From positions 4,347 to 68,346 of the forward strand of contig JAAOMT010000777.1 of NCBI GenBank assembly GCA_016748015.1: a stretch of 64,000 nt of DNA. Direction: 5' to 3'. The position numbers and the translations under genes are program-made. A model generated the notes under the pieces. That model saw only the letters and a list, made by a program, of their open reading frames with translations. It was not told where the DNA came from and made no database searches. Position 1 is the first letter of the stretch; each line of letters begins with the position of its first letter. Below are positions 1 through 14,330 of this stretch, in pieces. The DNA comes from Geosiphon pyriformis uo1 (lineage: Eukaryota > Fungi > Glomeromycota).

Positions 1-379
1 TAATTAACCAATTTAATAAAAAAAATTTTTCTATGACAAAGTGAGGTCTTATTACTATAAACATGAATTATGCTGTTTCAAAATGTGACCAGCTACTCAG
101 AAAAATTTTTTAGTTATCTGAGATTTTCTTTATTTTCCAAAAACAAAAGTTACTTTTCAATAAACTAAACAATTAAAAAATATTTCTTCAGTTTAATAAA
201 ATTTTAATTCTTAAATTCATTTGCAAATATTGAATTTCAAAAATGTATGTTTTAATTTTTTATCTGATTATCTGTTAATTACATATTAGTAAAAAGACTG
301 CAGATTGAAATATCAATATTTGAAAAAGCTTTTTATATTTTATCAATAGCATTTTAGCAATTTTTTCCCACTTTATCAT

Positions 380-880
380 AATTTTGAGAATTCATAATTT
401 CTCTGATGTTAGAATTGTTGTTGGAAAAGTGCCTAATATAAAAATTTTTCAGCTTATTCACAAATTTTAGCAGCAGCAAGATCACACAATATTTTGTTGT
501 AACACTTTCTATTAATTAAGTTAAAAGAGAAAACAATGCAATTATCTTTACTAAACATAATATTTCATCTAATATTTTTGATCTAATTCTCAAGTAAGGG
601 TTTTTATTTGCTTCAAAGTATTTTGGGTAAAATAAATTCATATGTTTTATTTCTTTCACAGATACTATATATAATGATAAGATTTCTTTTAATAAATATG
701 GAGTACTTACTATTTAAAATTACCTATTACTGCTGATAAACTTATTCTAGAAAACATTATTGATCACCTTCAAGACTATTTAATTAAACACAATACAAAA
801 GAGCTAGAAAAAAATTTTGTCATTTTGCAGAAAACTTCAATTATGTCTGATTCTTTCAAAAATTTACAAAAATTCTGCTC
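380..880 (+). pseudogene. BTB/POZ(-BACK) domain protein pseudogene, Glomeromycotina-type
   Basis: Manual translation across frameshifts: NFSDVRIVVGKVPNIKIF..AYSQILAA..RS..YF..LS.N*VKRENNAIIFTKHNISSNIFDLILK [GTAAG..CAG intron 594-661] YIYNDKI...ADKLILENIIDHLQDYLIKH...SFKNLQKFC. This matches the BTB motif pattern SDV.I.VG..F.AHS.IL.ARS.YF. Stops and frameshifts present. Confidence 0.75.
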
Positions 881-1094
881 TATAATAATATTTTAGGGAC
901 AAAAAAAGTTATATATGTATAAATTAAATTTATTATTATTACAAACTTTAATGCACAAAAATTAGCAAAGAATAATATATATATTTTTATGAAATCCAAA
1001 AATTATTCATAGAATGAATTAATAATAATATTTTATATATAATCTTATTTATTCAATAAAAAATGTTTAAAAAAATGTACTATAATTTTTCGAG

Positions 1095-1198
1095 CAATGT
1101 TTATATTGCTAAGTAATATGCTGTGATTTCTGACAATGCTTCATATTGTTAAGCAATATGTTATAATTTCTAACAATACTCCATATTATTAAAAAATG
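1095..1198. repeat. ~40-bp tandem repeat (2.6 copies) with a palindromic core
   Basis: Units start at 1095, 1134 and 1174. The core consensus CATATTGCT-A-AGCAATATG is an inverted repeat. Confidence 0.7.
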
Positions 1199-1279
1199 TA
1201 CTTATATGCTAAATACTATTCTCCTATTAGTTTATTTGTTTTTTTAACTACTTTTTTTTGTACTATTTTCTTATAAATA

Positions 1280-1945
1280 ATACCAATTACTTATATAGTT
1301 ATATTGTAATAAATATCAACTCTTTTTCAGGAATTACTCATTTGGAAGCTTACTAAAATATATAGTTACTTTGTAATAAAAGTCAATTTTTCTACAGAAA
1401 TTTCATTTGTAGACTACCTTTATAATTATAATAAAAAGAAAAAACAAATAAAAAAAACATAAAAAAAATAAAATTTTGTTAAAAAAATTGTTTTTTATCC
1501 AAACTTAGAGTTATTAACAGTTTTACTGAAATTAGTAGTTAATTAATTTCAAAATACTAGTTGGGTCTTGGGAAATTTCAAGTGCAATTATTTCGAGAAT
1601 TTGAATTTTTAATTTATTTGATATTTATTATTTTTTTTAAAGAGGATTAATATATTTTTAAGATAAAGTTGATTCTAAAAAAAATAATTCTTGATCAGAT
1701 ACATTTTCTTAAAGAAAGAAGCTCTTCTTTTATACAACTTGTTGTAATACTAATCTATGAACTTAAACTTTTCTCTTTGTTATAATTTCAATTATACAAA
1801 TTGGGTTATTAATTAAATAGTAATATTTGATAATTTGATTAAATGATAAGTAATAATTTGAAATAGTATTAATATATGTTAATTAATAATAAGAATTATA
1901 AGAGTAATTTCATGTTAATTACTGGCTAAAATTCTATTAGTAACA
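1280..1945 (-). mobile_element. Truncated family-2 LTR (solo or 5' LTR remnant)
   Basis: Homologous to the LTRs at 16257-17201, 25056-26032, 30936-31900 and 41133-42065. Ends in TAGTAACA at 1945 (TG start on the minus strand). No PPT adjacent, and the U3 repeat block is deleted near 1790. Confidence 0.85.
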
Positions 1946-2441
1946 CTGGCCACATGTAGTAAGAGCATAAATTGTGTTTAATTTGAGCACTTAGTTTAAA
2001 TCTATGTATTAGATAACAGTTGAGCTTCACTTATAAAACTTAATAATAATAAAAAATAAATTATATCTTAATATATAATTAATTAATAAATAATATGATT
2101 TAATGTTTTCTCAATAGTTGTTTTTTAACAAAATTATTTTGTTATTAAATTTGAATATATATTAAACAATATTGCTTTGTTTTTTTTTATTATTCTAAGT
2201 AAATTGTTTTAATTTTATTAATTTTAAATAAAATAATTTCTAAATAATTTTTAAATTCTGTTTGTTCTTATTAAAATAATTTTTTTTAAACTAAATCATT
2301 TTATTCATTTGTTAATTTAGTTAAATATAATATAATATAGTAAAATCTAAGATAAACCTATAAATCTTATAATTATATTAAGTAAAATCTGTTATAAATA
2401 GACATTTTTTAAGAACAACAACATCTTTTGAAAGCAGACCC

Positions 2442-2658
2442 AATTAACCAAACTAAGTAATACAACTTTGAATAAAAAATTCAAATAAGTAATATTGTTA
2501 TTACTAAAACAGATAATCTTACATATAACAATTAGTTTTTAAAAACAATAAAAAGCAAATCTAATTAAAAATACTATAAAGTTGATTAAATTAAGTGATA
2601 CAACTTTGAATAAAAAATTCAAATAAGTAATACTATTATTATTAAAACAGGTAAGCTT
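2442..2658. repeat. ~79-bp direct duplication, 138 bp apart
   Basis: 2442-2520 vs 2580-2658 share ATACAACTTTGAATAAAAAATTCAAATAAGTAATA. Mismatches are almost all transitions. Confidence 0.7.
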
Positions 2659-4749
2659 AAAAATAAAGATCCTTTTTTATTATATATAATAGTTAGTTTT
2701 TATTACAAAAAACTTAAATTTTTCTATAAATAACAAAATCTATAATATAATTACTTTTGGAAAAAAAATGCAAACTTTTAATTGTCATTGTCTTTGCTTT
2801 GTAAGTTTTTTGCAACTCATTGTATTGATACTAGCCAAAATTTTTAACATTTTTAAAACAAATATCAGCAATATGATAGATGTCATTATAATAAAAACTC
2901 TTATAAGACAATATCTATAATAAAAAATTAATAAATAATACAGTAAGTAATAAATCTAATTCAAATTTATCTTTGTTTTGTAATTTGACTTTTTTTAGGA
3001 AAATTGATTTCTTCTGATAAATCTTTATTTTGAAGAGATGTTTTTTTATTAATAATGCTAATTCTCATAATATAAATGATAAGAATTAGAGACAATTACT
3101 GATTAATTTTTTTTTAATATGATATTACGTATATATTAATAAAAATACTTAAAAAAAGTTAGAATACAAAATAAAAAAGAAAAAAAAATATAAATACTTT
3201 ATTCAAGCTTTCCAGTCTCCAATGATATGTATTTTTTAGTCATATAAATATTTGTAAGAACATTTTTTGAAGCTTTTTTATTTGTTAATTTGAATTTTAA
3301 TTCACATAAAAATTTTGCCAGTATTTAAGACAAAACTTAAAATAATCATTTTCTAAAAATACCAAAATTTGCAGTTTTCTATAAATTAAATTATATGCAT
3401 TAATATAAATATATTAACTGTAGCAAAATAAAAAAAAATAAGCAAAAATATTACATAAAATAAAAAATATATAATAAACTTATATTAAAGTAATATTAAA
3501 ACAATTTATTGAGAATAAACCTTTTTTTAAGCAGTTGTTAAAACTGTACATAGTTGTTATTGTATTTTTAATAACAAAAAAATTTTGATCCAAGAAAAAA
3601 CTGCTTAAAAAATTATTCTAAAAGTCTTTCAAATAAATACAACTGATTTTTTTATTAAATTTACATATAATAATAAATTTGCAATCCAAAAAATTATGGT
3701 TTTAATTTATTATTTTTGTTTTATAAGCTCAAAAATGCAAAGAAAACAATTTGTTTGTAAAATTAGTTTAATTTTAGCAAAAAAAATAACTTGTTTATAA
3801 ATATTTTAGTTGTCAAAAATGCTTTAAATTAAGATTAGACTTATATTCATTAAACATATGAAAATTAAGCACAAACTTCTTTGATTTTCACTATATAACA
3901 TTGTAAAACAATTAAATTGCTATAAAAGTCTTTGTTTATTAGAACTAATTACATAAAAATAACTTGCTTTTTTAATTATTAAGTTATAAATTTATTATTA
4001 AAGAAAAAAAATTATAAAAAAAACAGTTATATTATCTTTAATTTTTTTAATAATTTATTAGCATATCTAATAATATCATTTAATTAAAAAGTGAGTTGCT
4101 TAATATTAATATCTTCAAAAATAATATTTACAATTATTTTGTTATTATCAATGATTTTAATAATTTGTGCTTTGTAATAAAATCTGTCTAAAATTATATC
4201 TTAAAGTTAAATAAATTCTTATAATATTAATTAGATTTTTCTTTTATTTTTAAAACCTCTCTTTTAAAATAATCTAAGCTTATTTTTAATGTGGCCATTA
4301 ACATTTTTTTGATAAAAATAAGACTTAAAAAAATTAGTTGTAAATAATTTGACAACAAACTTATATAGAAAAGACAAATTATTATATAAACTATATAAAA
4401 TAAAATAAAATATTATCTTTGCAATTTATATTTGTAAAAATAAATAATATATCAGTATTAAAAAAAATTAAATAAACTAACAAAATATTTACTTTTAAAA
4501 CATAAATTCACTAAAAATAAACTATTAATATATATATAAAATTAAACCAAATTAATAAAAGCTTTATCTTTCTATCTTAAATTCTTTAATGAATTGATGA
4601 ACAATATTTTAACAGTTATGATCTCAAATGACATTAAAACTACATAGACAAGCAAATTTTCTATTTTTATATGTAACATATAATAATTTTATCTATTATT
4701 TAACAAAATTTTTGTCAATTGGTTCAAGAATCTCTGATTCTAAATTCTC

Positions 4750-7000
4750 AAAGTTTTTTTTATTAGAATTATCTTTTATCTTACTATTAACGTATTAAAA
4801 AGCAATATTTATGCCAACAAATTAAATAACACTTTAGATACATTAATTAATTTCTAAAAATGATATAAATTATAAACTGTTTTTAAAGAAAAAGATCACA
4901 CATAATAATTATTTATCTTGTACTAAATTTCTTTTATATAACAGTTCTTCTTGTTAATTAATTTATTTTTTTTCTCTTCTAACTTTAATTTTGTTAGATT
5001 TTTGTCTTTTTCTTGTCAAAACTTTTTAAAAAAAAACTTAATATAGTTTTTACAAAATTTTTTTGCATTTTACTTTTCTATTTCTTTAGTATTAATACAC
5101 ATTAAAATAGTAAATTTTTTAAGATTTGAATATAGAAATTTGGTGTATTTTTTTCAATAATATATTATTATATTTTTTTTAAAATAACTCTCTAATAACA
5201 TAATTATTTTTATAGAACAATTAATACATTTATAATCTGGTCAAATATTTAGTGTATTAAAGTATTTATATGAAATATAAGTTATAAAATCAAATTATTT
5301 TTTACTAACCAATTTATTGGCTGAACCAATGTAATCAAAAATAGATTATAATAGCTTTTATAATAGTTAAATTTTTAATTCAAATAGTAACTTAAAATTT
5401 TTGCAAGTCTAAAAAAGTAATTTTCTATTAATCAAATATTTCTTAATTTCAAGATTATTTGACAAATCTAAATTGGTAAAATGTTCAATTTCTAAGTCAT
5501 TAATCATTTATGTTTTTTGCAAACCATTTTTTGAGCACATTAGCTATAAAATGATAATATTATAAGATTAAAATATAAAACCCAATAAATCTTTAAAATT
5601 TTATCTCTATGCCAATCACACAAGACTATTTGAGTTTTTAGAAAATGTTTCTTGGCTGCTACTAAATAAAAATTTCATTTGTTTATAGCTAACCACTTAG
5701 AATTTGATTCTATATTGCTTTTATAACTATATTTAATAAACTTTTAATAAAAGAATTATTGTACAATTTATAAATTGAAAATTTCAATTAAACAAAAATT
5801 ATTATACAATTTACTTACTTAAATATTAAATTAATAACTGGTATTGTTTTTTTATTACTTATAAATTATGCTAAAACTTGACCACATAGTTCATTTAACT
5901 AATTATAAAAACAGTATTGAAAAAGTTTATGCTATTGTAATGGCTAGAATCTAGAGACAAAAAATCTGGATATTTGTATAATAGTTTTAACATGACTGTA
6001 GATGCAATACCAAAAAGTATAGTTTAACTCTTAGAATTTTGAGCATTTTTAATTCCATATTGTTTTAATATGATAATGTCTTCAGCCTTATAAGTATTCA
6101 TTAGAAAATGAACTTATTAATAAAGTAAATTAATATAATAATATATATAAAAAAATGAATGTAAGCAATTTCTTACTTTTTTAAATTCTAACATATTTAA
6201 ATAATATAACTTTTTATCATACTTAAGAGCATTTTGAATTGTCTTAAGATTAGATGCAAATCGAGTAGAAATTAGTTGAACTTAATTTGTAACTCTATTA
6301 TTTGTGCTCAAATTTTTTACATTATTCATTAATTTTAAAAATAATTAATATTAATAAAATTTAATTATTTTTTCGAATTTATATTTAAACTTACCAATTG
6401 TAATTATTAAAAGTAATACATTTGTAGTTTTATTTGAAATAGTTTTTTTAATTAAATTGGCCATTTGGTATAGTTTTTTTCAAATGTAATTAGGATCATG
6501 ATTTCTATAACACTCAATATTACATAAATTGAATGACTTGTTATAAAAAATTACAATATAATCTTTCTAATTATATTTAGTTTTATAATACTTTTTTTAT
6601 AAATAAAGATAAAATTAATACTTTTTAATTTTAATTAGATATTATTTTTCTATATATATTAACTTTGAATTTGTATTTTTGTTTGTATTTTCATTTACAA
6701 ATATAATGGCTTTTACATTTCTTTTATGTACCTTAATATTCAATAAAATACTATTATCTATATAGAAGTATAATTTATATAAATAACAATCTCTTAATCA
6801 CTTTTTATGTATACAGTTATGATCAAAAATTTTATAGTTATAAGAATATTGTATTAAATATATATAAATCTAATACTAAAGATACTTCTATAAGTAGTAT
6901 TTATATATATTAAATAATTGGCAATAATAGGCCAAATAGTCTTTTTTGTTTCAATAAACCTAATAAACAAATCATAAGTGTTTATTAGTAATAATATTAT
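4750..7000 (-). pseudogene. Mutator/MULE-type transposase pseudogene (intron-containing, probable SWIM finger)
   Basis: Minus-strand translation gives ILFGIASTVMLKLLYKYPDFLSLDSSHYNSINF...GQVLA*FIS..TIPVI (first Asp region) and KWLAINK*NFYLVAAKKHFLKTQIVLCDWH (MULE second Asp and CxxH). LLESYF lies near 5190 and C..LICWH near 4815. GTAAG intron donors present. Boundaries approximate. Confidence 0.65.
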
Positions 7001-7529
7001 AGTAGTAAAAATAATGTACTTTTATTTTTTCTACATATTTTATATATTTTATTTTTTTTAATCTTATATAATATAGTCAATAAAATACAATTTATTACAG
7101 ATTTCACTTGATACAATCATGAAGTTTACAAGTTTAAAATTCAATTGCATTTATTTTTATATAGTGTGTACAACTTAATTCTAACTACTAAACTTAATAA
7201 AATTCAAATTATTACTTCTTGCTCAAAAAAAAATAGACACTTAATTTAATCAATGAATGATAAAGCTATTTAAATTAAACAATATTATGTTTTCAAATTT
7301 TCTGTAAAATAATTTTTAAAAAAACAGTAGTGATTTAAAGTTGATTAATTTTACTATTAAACTGATAATTTGGCTACTTATACAAAATCAACATATATAA
7401 TCATATTTATTGCTAATTGGCTAATTTAAAAATAGTATATTAAGTAAATTTTTTTTAATTATAACATCAACTTTTTAGTATAATACTAAATTAACTAATT
7501 TATTAAATATCAATTAATTATAAAACTGA

Positions 7530-9572
7530 ATTAAGAACTTAGCAATATAAATAGTATTTTTTAACTGCAAATTCTGTTATTTAATTTGTTAAACTTTTTT
7601 GGTACACATCCATATAATAAAATGTTTTTCTTGCATATTAATGAATAGTTGTAAGTAAAATAAAAATAAAAACTAATAAAACAGTTTTTTGTAATCCTGT
7701 TTATAAGTAATCATAATATGATTAATTAAATTTTTTGGTTATATTTTAAAAGTTTTCAATATAGTTAAGCTCACAATAAAACTTTAAATAAAACACAATT
7801 TAATATTTAGTTACAACAATAGTCTCTTTTAGCTGTCTTTTTTATGCTAAAAAGTTTGGTTGTTTACTCATTATTTTTTATGTTTCTTTTAATTTTAATT
7901 TTTTATTTGGCCATAATCTTTTTTTAATTAAAATTTGTTTTAATTCTTTTGCCTGTTCACACAATTTAAAAATTTAATAATCTGATAAAAAGATTATATT
8001 CTGTTAAATTTTTTACTAAAATATGTACTTTGCATCTTTGGTTGCTTTTTATTAAGGCTAAAATTTATATACTTAGCAATAAGTATATCTGGTAAAAAAG
8101 TGGCATGACTTAATACATTATTAAATGCAAATAAAGCCTAACATCTTGGAAAACATACTTCAAATATGGAAATAGCACATTTAACTATCTGATTAATTAA
8201 GTTCTTGGCCTTTTATCAATCATTATTATTTTTGCCTAAGTATATAATAATACAAACTTTTCTAGAAAAGTTGTTTGATGTTTGTATTTTCTTAGGAAGT
8301 ACAAGACAACCACAAACATCAGTCAAAAATTTACTAATATGAATTGGATAACTATTACTTTTTTTTATAAAAATTGTTCTCTATTAGGAATCCAAAAACT
8401 TTGACTTCTATCATAAGCTGAGAAAATACACTCATCATGTGTAATAAAAATAAGTAATTGTATATTATTCTTTGATCAAATTATCTTTTTTAAATCATTT
8501 TCTAAGAAAGTGAACATCTTATGTTTAAGTTTACTCATTTTTTCTAAAAATATTTTTCAATAGATTATTACATCTTCTTTTTCATATCCATTTATATACA
8601 CTCTCTTTTTTACCTTAACATATACATATTCAATTTTTTTCAAATAATTTCTTACTGTATTGAAATAAATAATTGAAAATAGTGCAAATTCAAGTCCTGA
8701 CAAAATAATTTCATTTATCTGTGTCATTAACATTTGTAAAGTAATATTTCACTTATGTTCTTGAATATATAATTTTATTTGAAGAAGGATATTCTTATCT
8801 TAAAAAAAACTTCATATTTTGGCATGATGTCCTCAGTAAAAGTAAGAAATTTGATGAATCATTACATATTTATGTGTCTAAGAACAAATACATTTAGCAT
8901 GATATACTTTTTTTTTTATTGTATTAGCAATAATTTTATTTGCTTCCATTTTTGAATAACTGCATTTTACAAGTTGGAGATAGAAACAAATGCCATTTAG
9001 ACATATCTAAATCTCACTATTTATATTTTTCTTTTTGATATTTAATACCAGGTTTTTGAGAGCTGCTGAAAGTTTATTATGTCAATTACAATTCTCATCT
9101 TTATTATCCAATTGTCTGTCAATATCATCATTTGCTTTTATATTAGTCTTATTAGCCAGCTCTTTATTAACTTTCTTAGCAGATCTCTTAGTATTCCAAA
9201 AGATATGCAATATAAGAGTTTTCTTTGCTGCCTCATACTGTTGTTGATTTTTTTTTCTTTTAGTACAACTTAAGTTTCTATATAATGTAGTCTATATGCT
9301 TCATAAGAAGCATGTTTTTGATAATATTTTTTTGCTGCTTTTTGAAGTTTTTTAACAATGCTTACAGCATTATCATTTTTCATTGGCCTATTATGAACAA
9401 AAAAACTATTAACATCATCATAACTGCCCAGTTCATTATAAAAAAAAATATTGTTAATATTAGAATAATCTTTAGAGTTATCATTAATAGATATATTTTA
9501 GATATATTAATGTGCAACTTTTGCTTCATAAGCTTTTTTTGAATGTTTTTAACATTTAGTTAGACATGACAT
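7530..9572 (-). pseudogene. IS630/Tc1-mariner-like DDE transposase pseudogene (copy T1)
   Basis: ITHDECIFSAYD..FWIP..EQ; HISKFLTDVCG; AISIFEVCFP..ALFAFNN..SH; KQPKM; CELNYIENF; KFAVKKY at the C-terminus. Probable ATG at 9572. Many transition-derived stops. Confidence 0.8.
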
Positions 9573-10584
9573 GTTGGTAAATTAGAAATCTTCCTTAATA
9601 AAATCTAGCTAACATAACTAATTGTTACTTTTATTTGATAATTAACAAACTTTAATCATAACAGGGAGCAAAAACTTAGACTGAATTATTTACTATTGAA
9701 AGAACTTTCTCATTGATTAGTAATGACTTCAGTGTTATGGGTAAACTTGGTGGGTATAGAAAATGGTAACTTTTGGTGCTCTCAATTATTGATGATGCGT
9801 CTTCCACATAATTCTGTTGGCTTAGTCTTGATTATCAGTCTCTGAAGGTCTATTTCTGGATGTGAATTCACCTATTGAGTTCTTTGGTTATAAGGCACAG
9901 AGTTTGTCTTTTGTCAATTGCAATGTTTTTCGTAAATGTAAGCTTTCTTCTCTGAACTAACAAGCACAGTTGTTAGGATTTGGCATTGTCTTTTCGCCTT
10001 TCTGGTAAGCTAATAAGATAATATTAATATCCAAAATATAGGGAGAGCTTCCCTTTTTTACCAGACTATCATGAAGTCTATTTCCAGACAGTCAATTTTA
10101 CTATATTGCTACTTCACAAAAAATAAGACAGAAAAAGAAAAAAAAAGAAAAAAAAAAGAAAAAAAAAAAGAAAAAAGATAAATTAGTATTGTCAATTGCC
10201 ATAATCAAGAGCAATTGGTCCAAATCATTAATAGGTTTGAGGTGGTTATGCTAAGAACATCTGTCCTAGAATGGAGGTATGATACAAGAGTTAATTCATG
10301 TAAATTCTACAAAGTTCGAGAACATAAATTTGTGATTCTGATTTTTTTTAATAATTGGTTTTATTTCAGGAGCTGAAAATAGGGAAGATAATAAAGGATG
10401 AAGAAGTATGGATATTTTATTCTTGTTTAGAGATTCATATCTATCTGTCTGTTTTTTTTCACTTCTACAACTACTTGCTTTTATACATTCTTTTGGTTTT
10501 ACAGGATTGTTTTCAATTGTCTTGCTATTGCTAGCTATTGCTTTGTTGTTTCTGTTATTGCTTTGTTTTTCTACATTATTGCTA

Positions 10585-10768
10585 GTTATCCTATGTTATA
10601 ACACATTATCTGATATTATTACATGTTATTCTGTGTTATCCTGTATTATAACACGTTATCCTATGTTATTGTGTGCTATTCTGTGTTATCCTGCATTATA
10701 ACACATTATTCTATGTTATAATACATTATCCAACGTTATTGTGCATTATTCTGTGTTATGTCACATTT
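10585..10768. repeat. 10-bp-period tandem array (~17 units), CpG-decayed GCGTTAT core
   Basis: TTAT recurs every 10 bp and is preceded alternately by TG, CA, TA or CG (ctatgttata acacattatc ... acacgttatc). Confidence 0.85.
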
Positions 10769-12257
10769 TGGTCATGTTTCTTCATAACTTTAGATTGGTT
10801 ATTTTACTTAGGTAATATTGGTTAAAAGGTAAGTAATTTTATTTATTTATAAGTGTATTTTATGTTAGTTTTATATTTTTTAATGCATTTTTTTTATTTT
10901 ATTTAAATTAGTCTTTATTGACTATAATTTTTATAATTATTACAATATTTAAATGATTATTATAATAGAAACAATTATAATTATTAATAAGTAATTGTTC
11001 TTTTTTTTGTACACAAATAAGAGCTTTTATTCATTTTGTGATATTCAATATCTGATTGCCTTTTTGTTAGTTTTATTGCTGCTATTTTTATATATATATT
11101 ATACACATAATTAAAAAAAATTGATATTTTTTAAACATCTCCTAATTAGTTGATTTTCTCTTATCCAAACATTAATTATTATTGTGTTACAGTGAGGCAT
11201 ATAGGTCACAGTTGTGGAATTACAAGAACATGTGATCTGTGAACTCGAATATCCACCAATAAAATTACAATATTGCTGTGTTTTGTGATCTCAAATTTTG
11301 CCACTTAAAAATTTTTTAGTCAGGACTAAGTTGTATAAAACTAATTTACATTAAATTTACTATGAAACCAATACTATTAAAAAAAACAAAAAGAAAAGAT
11401 TGCTTCATATATTTTTAAAATCAATAATACCCAAACTTTTCAGGAATATTTAAATAAAGCATAATTTTATTATCTAAAAACTCACAATCAAGTCTGAATA
11501 ATAGCATATTTAATGATATTTTACTAAAGTAACTGAAGTATAGGGATACTCATCAATGGTTCTAGTAAATATGTACTTTATAAGTTGTTATTTGTAAAAT
11601 TAAGTCTATCAATTCTCATGCTACATGATCAAACATTAATCACAGGGACAACAATCTGACAACCTGATTTAATGTATGCAATTGTTCTACAATGTGATAT
11701 GTCTCATAATACAAGGAAATACAACAAAATATAAATGTGCACACTATATGTTCTTCTCTTTTATACTAATAAATCTGACAACATGAACCAAAAACCAATC
11801 TTTGAATTTACTTTTCAATAGTTGAAAGACCATTCTGATGTTACCACCAACAAAATTTACAAAAAGTACTTTAAAATACAAAAAACAGTATAAGTTAATA
11901 GAAGAGCAATAGAAGTTCATAGAATAGCTATAAGTTCAACAAGAAAATAATTGGAATACATTACAACATGTGTATTGGGAAAAATATAGAATAGAATATT
12001 ATTGAATATACATAAATTTGTTACAAAAATAAACTTAAAATAGAGCATAGTAAAATTGGCTTGGGCTTATCTATTTTGTTTTTTATTTTGACACTGGTTT
12101 TACAGAAGCATCTCATTTGTAAAATGAAGTCAAGAAACAGAAATTTAACTGAAATTATGTTGTATTGAAAAACACATTTAAAAATACTTTGATAAAGCCT
12201 CAAAAAGACTACATTGATGTATTTTTTTGTTATTTAGAACAGTATGCTAGTATATAA

Positions 12258-14330
12258 ATGCTGCAACAGTTTTATGCTCCATTTATATTATTCATACAAA
12301 CTAGCAATACTGACAAGTCAAGACTATTAAGAGAATTAGCATTTGAAAAAGACGTCTTTGTAGTATATATTTGTTTGTGTGATTCAAAATTGAGAGGCCA
12401 TCCAAAGTATTTTATTATTGCTAATGTACTCACTGAACAAGCTTTTCTGAAAGCTTATTATCTTACTTTTTTGTCAGCTTTGTTTGGTGTATATTCAGAA
12501 TTCTTTAATCAACAACTTTGTAAAAATACAGAAAATATATGTGGTTGTATGTTTGATATTTTTATTAGTGACAAAGATGATAAAATATTTGAGTTGCAAA
12601 ACACATTTTGGAATAATGTGTCAGAACAGATAAAATTGCAAGAGACCTTGAATAAGCCAGTGTCTGTTGTTGTAAAAGAGTTAGAAAGCCACTATAAAGA
12701 CCTCATAATTACTTTAAAAAACCTGTACAACCTCTTTTTATTTAAAGTGCTATTAGTTCTTGACAAAACTAGTGTATTAATTAACAGAAAAAATAACAAA
12801 AGTAATTTTTATAATTTATGGAGAGCACTACAGACTATTCCACACAAGACTAATGTCTGTTTTATAGCACTTTTTACAGATACACTTTTAAGAGTCTCAG
12901 ATTTTTCTTCTGTCAAATGCTATGATCTATCCACCAAAGTCAGTTATGAAGAGAAACTATACAAACTATTTTACTTTCTTGACATATTTAATTGCCATAT
13001 GCAACAATTAGCAAATATTACAGTTTCATTATCAATAGCTCAAATTCACAATATGAGACAACCTCTTTGAGCAAATGTTGATAAAAAAGCTATTATATAA
13101 TATGCCATAGAAAAAATTTTCTGTGACAGAAAAAAAGCCAGAAATATATATAAAGTGGAACATAAAGCAGTTATCAAAAAAGTAATAGAAGCACTAGCAA
13201 TTTTTAGACTACAGCTCTATTTAGAAATCTCAAATCTTTTACAACAAGCATCTGAGTTAATCAGTAGTCATATGAGAATCATGCACCATATTATTGAGAC
13301 ATGGAAATTTTTTACTACAATATCTTCTAGTAAACCTGTATTGGCTGAGACTGCAAGCCATATAATAAACTACTCTGAGATTTTTGTATAAGTTTTAGAC
13401 TACTTAGTCAGTTCAATTAGGAATCATGTTGTTGTCAATGCAAATAATTAGAGTAAACTTGTCAGCAAAATTCTGTGTTTTTTGACAATTGACAAAGTAA
13501 TTTAGTCGAAATCCAAACAATCAGAATCCAAATTCTAGAACATGTACTTACAGCCTATCATTATACAAGAATTTTTTGATGCACTTGTTGGTTCAGAGTT
13601 GTGCAAAAAGCTTAGTCTAATTTTTGCTAAAAAAGCCAATGGCATGATGCTTCGCAATAGCAAAATCAGGTTTAAATATTTTACATATGTTGAGTTCACT
13701 TCTATTAAACTGGATCTTATTAACTTTTTCTTTTGTGAAACAGCTGTGTTTTGTAAATAAAATCAAAAAGGAGTGGATATCATCATTCCAGTTGTTATGG
13801 TTCAAGATGATGAAACTCTAATTACAGAAAAAAATATGACATTTATCAGTATTCAAGTCAAAAATTGTAAAGCTGATGGTCTAACTAGTAATAAAGATCA
13901 GCAAAAAGAGAGCACACAATCATTTAAACAACAGAAGATAGATAATATATTTAAATAAACAGCTTGCTATATTGGCATTGATAACTGCAAACTATTCTTT
14001 TTACTTTATCTTGGGATTTACATGAGTTTTGGAGTGACATTTAAAGATATTGAATACAATAACACTTTAGACATTAGAATAATAACATGAATAGATTTCA
14101 AAGATAGAATGAGACATTTGAGCATTTATGGACTCTCAAAAAATGTGTATACATGTTTCAATAATACAAACAGTAATATAATAGAATCACTGTTGCACAA
14201 GTTGTTAATATTTTATGTTAATTCTATTGAAAAAAAAAATAGCATTCTGTAGGACAGATATAAAGCAAGTAATAAATGAGTTCAACAGTATAAAAAGATT
14301 GTGAAAAGTATTGAGTCTTTACAGTATAAT
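12258..14330 (+). pseudogene. Crinkler-type P-loop NTPase + C-terminal PD-(D/E)xK REase pseudogene
   Basis: ORF fragments 12258-13070, 13155-13391, 13542-13760 and 13773-13958 are collinear. They show YAPF..IQTSNTDKSRLL (decayed Walker A QSSGTGKS), VVYICL, LLVLDK (Walker B), SKPVLAETA and AVFCK*NQKGVDIIIPV...FISIQVKN (REase D..QxK). Confidence 0.7.

Noticed and set aside
2000-4700. Probable decayed coding DNA with intron-like segments, possibly the distal part of the MULE
   Set aside because: Too eroded for any family motif to be recognised.
9660-10000. Minus-strand KLPFLYPPSLPITLKSLL, reminiscent of the pre-HMG motif of AM-fungal MATA-HMG proteins
   Set aside because: No HMG box follows and several stops are present, so it is too weak to call.
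10408-10701. Hydrophobic 97-aa ORF resembling a membrane peptide
   Set aside because: Product of T-rich low-complexity sequence plus the 10-bp array.
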